Positions 1 through 10,963 of a stretch of DNA of 64,000 nucleotides are shown here, piece after piece. Source of the DNA: Pseudogymnoascus verrucosus. Taxonomy: Eukaryota. Numbering within the stretch: the stretch's first letter is position 1; each line of letters opens with the position of its first letter. A model generated the notes under the pieces. The model had not been told where the DNA came from. It worked only from the letters and a program-made list of their open reading frames with translations, and made no database searches. A program made the position numbers and the translations under genes. The stretch lies in the NCBI GenBank assembly GCA_001662655.1, contig KV460230.1; one strand, given 5' to 3'.

Positions 1-26
1 AAATCTCATCAGTGGTGGGTGTCATG

Positions 27-408
27 GGACGTGGCTGCCATATGCCTAGGTCGCAGCTTCCATAAGCTGGAAAAATTATAAGTGGCAGGTGCCATAGGCC
101 GTAACTGCCATATGACAGGAGTAGTAAGCTGCCGTGGTCGCGGCTTCCTTAATGCAGAGATGTCAAAAGTGGCAGGAGCCATAAGTCGTTCCTGCCGTGT
201 GTCACAAGTCGTTCTTTCCATATGTTGCAAGTCGTGCTTGTCATATACTACAAATCTAAGCTCCCTGAGTCGTGGTTACCATAAACGGCTGCCTCAGTCG
301 TAGTTGGCATAAACAGCCTCCTCAAGTCGTGCTTGCCTAGAGCAACTGCTACGAGCCGTACCTGCCATATTCCTCAGGCCGTACCTGCCCCAAGTTGTGC
401 CTGCCCAG
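27..408. repeat. Array of ~13 degenerate 16-nt direct repeats (consensus ~RGYCGTRSYTGCCATA) with variable spacers; possible transposon subterminal region
   Basis: Copies start at 27, 49, 97, 136, 184, 207, 230, 268, 296, 325, 354, 377, 393. Higher-order 87-bp duplication (49/136, 81/168, 97/184). No credible ORF. Confidence 0.75.
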
Positions 409-1027
409 TTAGTTGGATGAACCCCACGCTGCAAGTCTACAAATCTACAAGTCTACACACACTGGAGTATCTCGTCGTAGGTACCTCACCATCACCATCA
501 CCGTCACCATCATCCTCTCCTCGCCCCCCACGCCCCGTAGATCCGACCACACATGACGCAGCACTCCTACCCATTCCCCCCTCTCCTATACCAAGCTGTA
601 GCATTGTATATAAGTACACTCCTCCCAACCTCTTCCCATCCACAAGGCTCCCACCCATCGCGTCCCTCTCCCCAACACACAGCCAATCACCACCCCAAGG
701 CTAAACCTCTGTCCCAAACAACCGCCCAACCCCGCACCTGTGCACCATTCACAGCGCCCACAGCGTCCCTCCCACCCTTCCAGAAGCACCAGAAACAACG
801 CACAGCCTCGCAGCCTCGCCAGGCACGGTAGTAGCGAAATAAAGTTTCGTATCAGGATATCTCCGCGGCTGCATGAGCCGGTTAGACGTGCCGGGATTCG
901 TGCTTACTGAGCCGCTTAGATGACGTTATTTCCTTTGCGATTTTGGTGATTAGATAGCCAGATGGTATTGATTAACAATGTAATGATTCTAGCCCTTTGC
1001 CACCATAAACAACGTGCTCATTGCCGC

Positions 1028-1034
1028 TTACTAA
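1028..1034 (+). promoter_or_regulatory. Candidate Yap1/AP-1 response element (TTACTAA) upstream of CCP1
   Basis: Exact TTACTAA ~600 bp upstream of the CCP1 ATG; CCP1 is an oxidative-stress gene. A single 7-mer can occur by chance. Confidence 0.3.
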
Positions 1035-1631
1035 CCCAGATACGAATACGCAGTTGATAGAGATAGAGTACCGTACCCACTCACCACCACAGAAAAGCCC
1101 CAGTAGAAAGTAAAGAAGGACCACGCGAAAATGCCGAGGTTCACGCGAAAAAACCACCCAAGAACCACGTCCCAAAGCTCCTTGGCGCGGATTGTGCAAT
1201 TTCGAAGCTCCTGATTCGTCCCAGGGGCAAAAGCGTGGGTTCACCACAAGCCAGCTAAGCCGTTCGCTCGCGTTCCATCGCGGACCACTTTGTAAGGCGC
1301 GCCACGTAATTGGGCGGCTTTGGGGGGTGACTCCCAGCTGGTGTTGCGCGGGTCTCGGCGGGCGCGGAGAGGGCCGGACTGCGTAGCCCGAGACGCTGCT
1401 GCTGTTGGTGTGACGACTCATCTGAACTTCCGTTTCCCTGGCCTTTTTTGAAACCTTCATCTACAACCTTTTTGTACATCTGTGACAATCTTTCCTTTCA
1501 CTTTGGTGATCTCTGTGTGTTTTCTTGATATAGTTGATTGAAGGGATTGATACTCTTCTTCTTCTTCTTCTAATTTACTTCACCTTACTACTCTCTTTGA
1601 GCTCTACCCGGGAAAAAAGTTAACCGCCAAA

Positions 1632-2860
1632 ATGGCCTCAACAACCACCCGCACCTTCGCCCGCGCGGCCCTCCGCTCAACCCCAGCTCGCACCGCCGCC
1701 TACGCCCTCCCCCGCCAGGCATTCCGCCAGCAATCCCGCCGCGGCTACTCGTCCGAGGGCAGCGCCGCGCCCAAGGCCTCCGGAGGCTCTGCGCTCTACT
1801 GGCTCGGTGGTCTCCTCGGAGCCGCTGGCGCCGGGTACTACGTTTACGGCCAGCAGAACGGCTTCTCTGCCGCGGCTAAGGGACCGTTCCAGCCTACCTT
1901 CGAGGATTACCAGAAGGTTTACAATGAGATCGCCGAGAGGTTGGAGGAGAAGGATGATTATGATGATGGGTCGTACGGACCAGTCCTTCTGAGATTGGCG
2001 TGGCATGCGTCGGGAACTTATGATGTTGAGACCAAGACGGGAGGAAGCAATGGAGCTACGATGAGATTCCAGCCTGAGGGAGACCATGGTGCGAACGCGG
2101 GGTTGAAGGCTGCGAGAGATTTCTTGGAGCCCGTTAAGGGTATGTCCAGTTCCCCTATAATCCCCTTTTCCTCCCTCTATAAAACAGCATTCCTACTGTT
2201 GAAAGAGGACATACCTTGATCAGAATACCACATCTGCAAACGAACCTCCGTACACAGCTAACACCCCCCACAGAGAAGTTCCCCTGGATCACCTACTCCG
2301 ACCTCTGGATCCTCGCCGGCGTAACCGCCATCCAAGAAATGCAAGGCCCCACCATCCCCTACCGCCCTGGCCGCACCGACAAAGACGTCGCCGCCTGCAC
2401 CCCCGACGGCCGCCTCCCCGACGCCACCCAGGGCCACAAGCACCTGCGCGACATCTTCGGCCGCATGGGTTTCAACGACCAAGAAATCGTCGCCCTCTCC
2501 GGCGCCCACGCCCTGGGCCGCTGCCACACCGACCGCTCCGGCTTCTCGGGACCCTGGACTTTCAGCCCGACGGTCCTGACGAACGACTTCTACACGCTGC
2601 TCCTGGAGCAGACGTGGCAGTGGAAGAAGTGGAAGGGACCAGCGCAGTATGAGGATAAGGCGACGAAGACGCTGATGATGCTGCCGACGGATTATGTGTT
2701 GATTAAGGATAAGGGATTCAGGCCGTGGGTGGAGAAGTATGCTAAGGATAATGATTTGTTCTTCAAGGACTTCTCGGCCGTTGTGACGAGGTTGTTTGAG
2801 TTGGGCGTGCCGTTCAAGGAGGATACGCCTAAGTATGAGTTCAAGCCTACGAACGCTTAA
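1632..2860 (+). CDS. CCP1: Mitochondrial cytochrome c peroxidase; exons 1632-2139, 2274-2860
   Basis: Arg/Ala-rich presequence plus TM segment; [37 protein letters not shown] motifs; GTATGT...GCTAAC...CAG intron joins the two ORFs in frame (VK-E-KFPW). Confidence 0.97.
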
Positions 2861-5847
2861 GGGTTGCTTCTGTGCGTTTGGGGAGGGTAGATGATGGGGG
2901 GGTTGTGAGGAGATAGTGGTGGAAGGAGAGGGGTAGAGCTGGGGAGGGTGTTGTAATGGCAGTTGTGTTGCGGTCGAGATCACGTCGGGAAAGGAGACAG
3001 GCAAAGAAGAAAGATGTCCCATTTCCAACGTCTCGCCGCCAGCGACGTCCACTTCGGCACAGTACTGCACTCCACAGTCCAGTGCCGTACCGAAGCGGAA
3101 TCGCGGCCTTGATAGATTGTACTTTGTATCGATTGTGTTTGTTTTACTTACTACTATTTAAGATTATCTCAGAGCTTGCCTTTGCCTCGTATCAGTGCCT
3201 GTCTTACTCTCCATGCTAATCAGGGGTCTACTTCCGTACTAACGGTCTGCGCTATCAACGCCTACACCGCCGAGCTACCGCTGCAAGTAAATAAAATGCC
3301 GGAAGGCATCCAGATTAGGACAATAGGGACAGTAGGATTAGGAGACGATTGAAAGATCGGCAGAGGGTGATTTTGTTTTGGGCGGTGGCAGTTTAATACC
3401 ACCGGCTTTTTGATCAACATCCCCTACTATTGTAGTCCGTAATCCACGTCCCGGATGTACAGTACCGTTCCCCAATGCTAGTCCCGACCTGTACCGCCGC
3501 CGCGACCGACCGATGTGACAGTGGCCAGGCCATCTTGGCTCGGCGGCGCATCTTGGCTTCGGAGGGGGGAGAGTGATGGGAGATGATGGACTCGATGCGG
3601 TAGTAGGGGTATTTTTCCTCTAGATTAGTTCGCATCGTGTACTGTAGGTGGTAGCAGATTGTGGACTGGACTGGATGGAGTCCGCCACACCACTCGCGAA
3701 CGCACCTGTCTATGCTTTAAATGAGGTGCGACGTGATCATTACCTGATTCGGGAGGGGGTGGGAAGGTGAGATTGCGGGGGAGGATTGGTATTGCCGGCT
3801 TGGTGGGTGGTGTGGGAGATGGGATGGGGAGGGGTGGGAGATTGGGGATGGGATGGATACGTGGGAATGGGGAGGGTTGACGGTGAAGAGTTGAGATGGA
3901 GTAAAGGGTGTTTGATGATGATGGATTCCAATGCCGAAGATGTTATGTTACAGTATGAACCGGGTCAGGCCATAGCCAAGTCGACTCTGTCAGAGAGTGG
4001 CGAGTTTGAGGCAAGTGAGGTAAGCGATGAGTAAAGCAAACAAGCGACCAAGTAAAGCAAGGAAGGCAAAGCAAGGCACATGTCTATTCTGAGCCTGTGT
4101 CTGTATCCGTGCCCGTGTTGTTGTTGTCGCCGCCGCTGTGTTGCTGTACACGTACAGTACAGTACAAACAGTACATCCGCCCCGTAGCCCCTCGTACCAA
4201 CCCACCCACCACCACCCACTTGAACACATACGGGTCCTGCAAGGTACAGCACATGTATGTATGTATGTACCATTCAAGCACCGAACATACCGCCACGCCA
4301 CGCCACGACTTGTTCTCTCTCTCCACCATCGCGAGACAGGGCCAATGCCAACGGGATGGACAAACTCACACAGCATACAGCACACAGAGACACAGAGACG
4401 CACAAGACAGTCCAGGACAGCTTCCATCTCACACAGAGAGACAGAGAGACACGAGGATACACAGAGACACACCCAGAATATCGCACTGCACCCTGGAAGC
4501 GAGAGTGTAAACCCCCCCCCTCCCCCGTCCCATCTTCCAAATCCCACGACAACCGTACGACCGAAGCCCATACGCACGCGCGCGACGACGACGACGACCA
4601 CCACACAAACTCCCACCTACAAACAACACACACACATACAAACCACCTAATCCCCCCTCGTGTCCGCCTCCCCACCCACCCTCCCGTTCCAGCTCCCCAT
4701 TGGTCCCCCTCGCCTCGCGCCGTGATCATCTAATCTCCCATAACCCCAAAGCAGTATAGCGCGCGCTGTCACCCCTGGCATGGCCCGTGGCGCTAGGGCG
4801 GCTAGTCAGGAACAACGACAGGGATTAGCAGGGTCCTGAGGAGAGACAAACAGAGGGACAAGAGAGGGAACAACAGGGAAATGGGGTTAGTGATGGGGAT
4901 GGAGGGATGGAGAACGGGGAAACGGCCAGGAAGGGGAGGGTGGTGGCTGGACTAACTGGACGCACCCAGCAAGGTTGATGGGGTTGTTGTTTAGTGGGAA
5001 GTGTGACTTGGACGTACTTGGGCGTGCTAATAGTAGAAGCAAGTACCGTAACGTACTGTTCTGATGGATCACAGTTCACTTGGATTGCACGCCAACACCC
5101 GGGAGATTAGGGGGCAGGGATGGGGCCGGCTTGAGCGGTCGCTAGATCTGGGCTGATGGTGGATGGATGGTGGAGAGAGAGAGGGAGAGGCCGAAATGGG
5201 AGATGGGAAGGGAGGTCCACTACTTTCACCGTTGTAGCTGACTGGATGCTAACTGGCTCCTTGACTGGCTGTTAATTAGCTGTCGTCCCTGCTAAAAAGG
5301 ATGGAAAGGGTAGAAAGTGATGCTAACTGGGCTAACTAGACGCCTAATTATACAACTGAACACCCACAACACACACCAACACACACACCTGATCTTTTAC
5401 TCTACTCCCACCCACTCCCACCACACTACAACCTAATTATACCTCCCAAACGATCGTCAATGTCACACCCACTACTGTAATATAAGCACAGATACTTTGC
5501 CCAAGAGTTGCCCCCTCCATGTCTCCCATGTCTCTCATGTATCCCAGGTATCTCACCCCGATCCCACCTAACTCCAAAGTAAAAAGGGGACTGGCCACAC
5601 CCCACCCCCCTGTCCACACCCCCCGTTCACTCCCATTCTTGGCGAGCCATTTCAATCAAAATCCTTTCCTTCCCACCACCACACACACATCCTTCCTCTT
5701 CCTCTTCTCTCTCTCTCCATCCTCAACCTTCAAATAACCACCGCTTCACTCTTTCAGCGGGCATTCGTTTCTTTCGGCGTACAGTGTAACGACAATATCC
5801 CCTACGAATATTACCTTCAATCACTCGTATTACGAATCCTCTTCAAC

Positions 5848-7586
5848 ATGAAGGGAAGCTTCTTCGCTGTTGCCGCAGCTTTCGCTGTCGGCGCCAGCGC
5901 GGCCAACCACCACGCCCACGATGCCTTCCACAAGAGAGGAATGGCCCCATCCGGCGTTGCCGTCGGCACCGCAGGTGCTGTTGAGTCGTGCGGCTGCACC
6001 ACCCGCTGGGAGACCGTCACCGGCGAGCCAACTCGTATGTCAACACCTCACCTCGTCCTGATCTGCTTCTAGATCGATCCATCCTAACTCTTCCTTCCTA
6101 CCTAGTCCACAACCCGCCGCCAACCTCCACCAAGGAGACCAGCAGCAGCGTCGCCCCGGTCCCAGTCCCAACCACCTCCGAGGAGCCCATCGTCCCCGTT
6201 GTGACCGTCCCAGTTATCCCGCTCCCAACCCCATCCCCCACCACCCTCCAGCCAGGAACCCACACCATCCCCGCCACGACCATCACCGTGACTGAGGAGA
6301 CCACCGTCTGCGCTGCCACCTCCACCGAGGTTCCAGCCGGCACCCACACCTACGGAGGTGTTACCACCGTTGTTGTGACCGAGACCACCGTCACCTGCCC
6401 GGTCGCCACCGTCAGCACCTCCAACGGCGTCACCACCTCGATCATCGTCGAGACCACCTACGTCTGCCCATCCGCCGGCACGTACACGATCGCCCCGTCG
6501 ACCACCACCGTGACCGAGTCCACCGTCTTCGTCTACCCAACCCCCACCACCGTGGTCCCAGGTACCTACACCCAGCCAGCCATCACCACCACCATCACCG
6601 AGACCGACTACGTCGTCTACTGCCCATACACCTCGTCGGTTGCCGAGCTCCCAGTGCCAACCTCCACCTCGCCCGCCCCAGTTGAGACCACCGCGGCCGC
6701 CCAGCCAATCAAGCCTGTCGTTAACAAGGGCGGTCTCGGAACCAACGGTGACCAGTGGGCCATCACCTACACTCCTTACGACCAGGCCGGTGCTTGCAAG
6801 GACGCCTCCGCTGTCCTCACCGATCTCAAGGATATCGCATCCAAGGGTTTCACCGCTGTCCGCCTCTACTCCGCCGATGAGACTGACTGCAACGGCCTCG
6901 AGAACGTCTCTGCCGGATGCGAGGCCCACGGCCTCCAGCTGATCGTCGGTGTCTACATCAAGGAGACCGGAATTGAGGGCGCCAAGCCGCAAATCACCTC
7001 CCTCTCCACCTTCAGCCGCTGGCACCTTGTCATCCTCGTTGTCATCGGTAACGAGTCCATCTTCAACGGTGTCTGCTCCGCCGAGGAGCTCGCTGCCTTC
7101 ATCACCTCCTCCAAGCAGGTCTTCCAGGGCGCCGGATACACTGGCCCAGTCACCACTACCGAGACCCTGAACGTGCTCCAGCAGCACAAGGGTGCTCTCT
7201 GCCAGGCCATTGACGTTGTCGGTGCCAACATCCACCCCTTCTTCAACTCCGCCACCAAGGCTGAGGATGCCGGTACCTTCGTCAAGGGCCAGCTCGACAT
7301 CGTTGACCAGCTCTGCCCAGGCAAGACCGGTATCAACCTCGAGACCGGATGGCCTTCCGCCGGTAACTGCAACGGTGAGGCCTGCCCCGGCCCATTCAAG
7401 CAGGCCGCTGCTATCAAGTCCATCCGCAAGGCTGTTGGTGGAAAGTCCGTCGTCTTCTCTTACCACAACGATGACTGGAAGAACCTTGGCCAGTTCGACT
7501 GCGAGCGCAGCTGGGGCATCTCCTCCCTCTTCGACGTCGTCGGCGCTGTCGTCGATGGTGTTGTCGATGTCGTTGACTCCATTTAA
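5848..7586 (+). CDS. btgE: Secreted GH17 cell-wall beta-glucanase/glucosidase (BtgE/Scw11-like); exons 5848-6034, 6106-7586
   Basis: Signal peptide MKGSFFAVAAAFAVGASA; CGCTT motif; Thr/Val/Cys-rich stalk (GTHTYGGVTTVV, YVCPSAGTYTIAP); GH17 motifs VRLYS, VIGNE, ANIHPFF, LETGWPSAG. Confidence 0.9.
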
Positions 7587-8100
7587 AGCGCGCTTAAGTG
7601 ATTTAAGTTGTGTCTTTTTCAGTGGATGGGGGTAAGTATAAGTATCGTTGAGATTATGGCTTGTGGGGAGGGTTTTGTATAGATGATATTGGAATAAGGG
7701 AGGATCAGCGGGAGAGTACATATGATGAGAAACATGCGTGGCTAACGTTCGGCATGGCATGGAAGATAATCCTTGGGCCTTTAATTAATTCTTCGAGAGA
7801 GGGCTCTATATTGTATTGTATTTCTTCGTCGTAATTCTGGGGGTTTGTTGGATATTTTATTACGCTTCAAAAAACCTTGTGCTGTCTTGTGAGTGTGATT
7901 GTGAATGTGAGTGGTGTAGTTCCGTCATAAAGAGAGGAGTGATGTTGAGATGTGCCATGTCGTCCTCGGTCTATGTCTTATATGCGGTGTTACTCTCCCT
8001 TCAACAAATGGGGAAAGAACGACTCATATTCACCCTCTATTACCTCCTCTACGCCTCCTCTGTTCCTTCCGCCTTTCCAGTCCGCACCTTCTCCCTCTGC

Positions 8101-8229
8101 GGTCTTTCCTCCGCTGCTCTTTCCTCCTCTGCTCTTTCCTCCTCTGCTCTTTCCTCCTCTGCTCTTTCCTCCTCTGCTCTTTCCTCCTCTGCTCTTTCCT
8201 CCTCTGCTCTTTCCTCCTCTGCTCTTTCC
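8101..8229. repeat. 15-bp minisatellite (GCTCTTTCCTCCTCT), 7 perfect copies plus 2 partial or degenerate copies
   Basis: Perfect units 8116-8220; reads (RAEEE)n on the minus strand. Confidence 0.95.
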
Positions 8230-8355
8230 CTTCGATCATGTACGTAGCGTTTATCCCACAACTGAAGCAAACATGTCAGCCTCTCAGCCCAGCAAGGCAG
8301 ATATAATTCCCCCCTCCTTTAGGCGGCCAGCACTTTCATGACGGCATTCTCATGA

Positions 8356-9220
8356 CACTCTTTACTACTGTACTGTACATCAAGGAATAAGGGTACATCC
8401 TCCGAGTTTTACAAGTATCAAGTATCGGGTGTCATAGAATGCGTCCTAAAGCTGTATGGACAAGTCGATGCAGAAAAGCTCCTAAAGGCAATGGGCAAGG
8501 AGACAGGCCCATCCGCTACTGATATCCGCCACGTTGCAACTTTGCTCAACGACCTTAAGCTTCATGGCGCCATCCTCTCAGACGAGGTTGGTTTTGGCAA
8601 AACTAAGCAGAGTTTGCTGGTAACGTTGCTGCACTCGGTGTTATATACTGAAATGACGACTCGTATGAGCTCAAGGGGTCGTAGCCGCCCGGGATGGAGT
8701 AGGGGGGTTAGCATGTAGCAGTGAGAAACCGCAATGACGGGAATAAGCATGTGGTAGTGAGAAAACACCCCTCCGCGACAAGAAGAGCTGCACAACAGCA
8801 AGAAAACTACCACAACAAGAGCACCACCTCAAGAAAACGCATAACCCCGTACTCTGAGCCTGGAGCGTCGCGAGGGCGGCGGTGGCGATCTCTCTCCCTA
8901 CCTCCGCTACCTCCTGGACCCCCCCTGAGATTTCTCGACCTACGCCGCCGAGCTCTTGGGCAGTGCTGGCGTGGATTGGAAATCCCGATGTGGGCGAATA
9001 CCAAGAAGCAGCTTTGAGTGGTTGTCAATCTCCTGCAGCTGAAGCGTGGAAGCCTGGATGACATTGCCGTTTCGCAGATCCCGCTTGAGGAATTTACGGC
9101 GCTCGAGGCGCGGAGGACTTGCAACCGCCGCAAAGCTTAGGAGGCCACTGCGGTATTGCGAGATATTATGAGCAAGGTCACCGGTGTGAGGGGAATGGTG
9201 GTCAGCTGTGAGTGTGGATA
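8356..9220 (+). pseudogene. Decayed SNF2-family helicase fragment
   Basis: Frame of ORF 8491 reads EFYKYQVSGV (Q-motif-like) then GAILSDEVGFGKTKQSL (SNF2 motif I/Walker A); the rest is short, frameshifted and has in-frame stops (TGA 9015, TAG 9138). Confidence 0.6.
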
Positions 9221-9916
9221 AGGAGGGGTCAAGGGAGGGGGCTGGAAGTGAGAAACAACACCGGCGGTAACAGGAGTGGTAGTGAGAACCTCTCCGTAAC
9301 AAGAACAGCTGCATGACAGCAAGAAGCTGCCGCAACAAGAACGTTACCGGGAGAAATATACATGCCGCATAACAGGCGTGGGAAGAGGAGCCAAACCCCA
9401 ACGATAGGGATAAAACTAGGGTGGGAATGTAGAAGTTTCAAGTATGAAGTATAGAAGTATGTAGTAGTCGTTATTGTCATCTTGGACGAGGCTGTAGCTC
9501 TATCTTTTATAGATATGGTGGGATGGATGAGATTGCAGAAGCAAGTGCTCGCTCCCATAAATGCAACGCTGGGAGCAGGGGTGTTTGCGGGGGTGGGGTA
9601 TAATAGTATATGCGAGGAGGCGTGGGTATGAAGAGACCGGATTTCCGTGAGTATTGGTGGGTAGATGAAAGAGAGAGTTGTAAATATAGTAGTTTATGTA
9701 CTGAAAAGGGGCGAGCCATATGCAATGATGGAAAGAAGTTAATCGGCGAACCCAGAGTTCTTCAACCAGCCCACCCCCCAAATAGTACAGTTACCTCACA
9801 AGAACATAACAGTCACAGCATAGCATAGTAAAAGACATCAAGTCCATTAAAATCGGCTCCTGGCCCTAAGACCCAATATGTCCGAGCCAACCCCCCTTAA
9901 CGCCTCCATCCCTCCA

Positions 9917-10963
9917 TCAATCCTCCCAAATCGTCTCCAAATCAATATCCCCCCTCCTCTCCGCCCCACACACACTCCATCGTTTACTCTTATCCCTCCC
10001 AAACCCCGGACTCAGCTTCCTCCCCCTCCCCACCACGGCATCCGATCCCCCCCCTCCCCCCTCCTCCCCCTCCACCGCATCCGCCGCCGCCTTGAGCTGC
10101 GCGATCCGCTCCGCCTCCAGCGCTGCCTCCTCCGCGTCGGGGGTGTCGGGGATGGTTTCCAGACTCGAGATGCTGGGGCTGCGGGAGCGGAGGGAGGAGG
10201 GGGTTGTGGGGACCGAGGAGGTGGAGGTGGCGTAGGGGTAGCTGTTGAAGGAGTCGTAGCGTCCGTCGTATCGGCTCGTTGGGTATAATGGTGAGGAGGT
10301 TATCGAGGATGGTGAGGTTGGGGTTGTGGCGCCGCTGGTGGGGTAGTGTATTGATAAGTTCCGAGAGGGTGATGACGAGCGTCTGAGGTGTGGGTTCGAC
10401 ATCGAAGGTAGTAGGTTAGGGGAGGCACTCCTATCGTATCCCCTCGGCGTCTCTTCCTCCTCTTCCTCCTCTACTTCTTCTGGAATAGCAACATGGTCAC
10501 TAGTATCGATCTTGAGCCCGCGATTCGGCAGCGGCGGCGCCACGGGAAATGCCTCATCGACCGGCTTTCTCAACGCTCGATTCCTATTCGGCGACCCCGC
10601 TGGACTAGACGGCCGCGCAGGTGACCCGATATTGAAGAACCCAACTCTGCTGACCCCCGGCATGGACTTCGCCCGCGACATAGGCGGCGTCGGTGTGCTA
10701 GCCGCAGAGTGCGAGCGTACATGGCCGCGGTTGTAGGGCGAGACGTTGCGGGGGCGGTAGGCGACGGTTGTTGGGCCCCAGCCGAGGGGGGAGGAGGGCG
10801 TGGGGTCGGTGGCACGGCGGGTGCTGGGGGGTTTTGTGCTCCATGATGGGTTGTTGGAGGGGGGGATGTAGGGTTGGAAGGACGGGGCTTCGTGGATGCG
10901 GAGGGTTGGGACGGGGGAGGAGCGGAATTCAGACATGCGTTCTGTCTCCGGGACAGGCTCCAT
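9917..10963 (-). CDS. Conserved Pro/Ser-rich fungal protein of unknown function
   Basis: 348-aa ORF with C-terminal blocks RSRSPSISSLETIPDTPDAEEAA and KRWSVCGAERRGDIDLETIWED that I recognise from Pezizomycotina hypothetical proteins. Confidence 0.85.
   Translation of the reverse strand: MEPVPETERMSEFRSSPVPTLRIHEAPSFQPYIPPSNNPSWSTKPPSTRRATDPTPSSPLGWGPTTVAYRPRNVSPYNRGHVRSHSAASTPTPPMSRAKSMPGVSRVGFFNIGSPARPSSPAGSPNRNRALRKPVDEAFPVAPPLPNRGLKIDTSDHVAIPEEVEEEEEEETPRGYDRSASPNLLPSMSNPHLRRSSSPSRNLSIHYPTSGATTPTSPSSITSSPLYPTSRYDGRYDSFNSYPYATSTSSVPTTPSSLRSRSPSISSLETIPDTPDAEEAALEAERIAQLKAAADAVEGEEGGGGGSDAVVGRGRKLSPGFGRDKSKRWSVCGAERRGDIDLETIWED

Noticed and set aside
27..408. CRISPR-like repeat-spacer appearance
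   Set aside because: Eukaryotic context, repeats are short and degenerate, spacers are irregular (0-~30 nt) and partly duplicated, and there are no cas genes.
3700..4750. Many overlapping 100-200-aa ORFs on both strands
   Set aside because: Low-complexity CA/GA-rich intergenic sequence poor in stop codons; no domain features or codon bias.
6102..7760. 552-aa antisense ORF over btgE (similar long antisense ORFs over CCP1, dynamitin, CRC1, ORF 58903 and ORF 60515)
   Set aside because: Expected shadow of strongly C-ending codon bias on the sense strand; no recognisable motifs.
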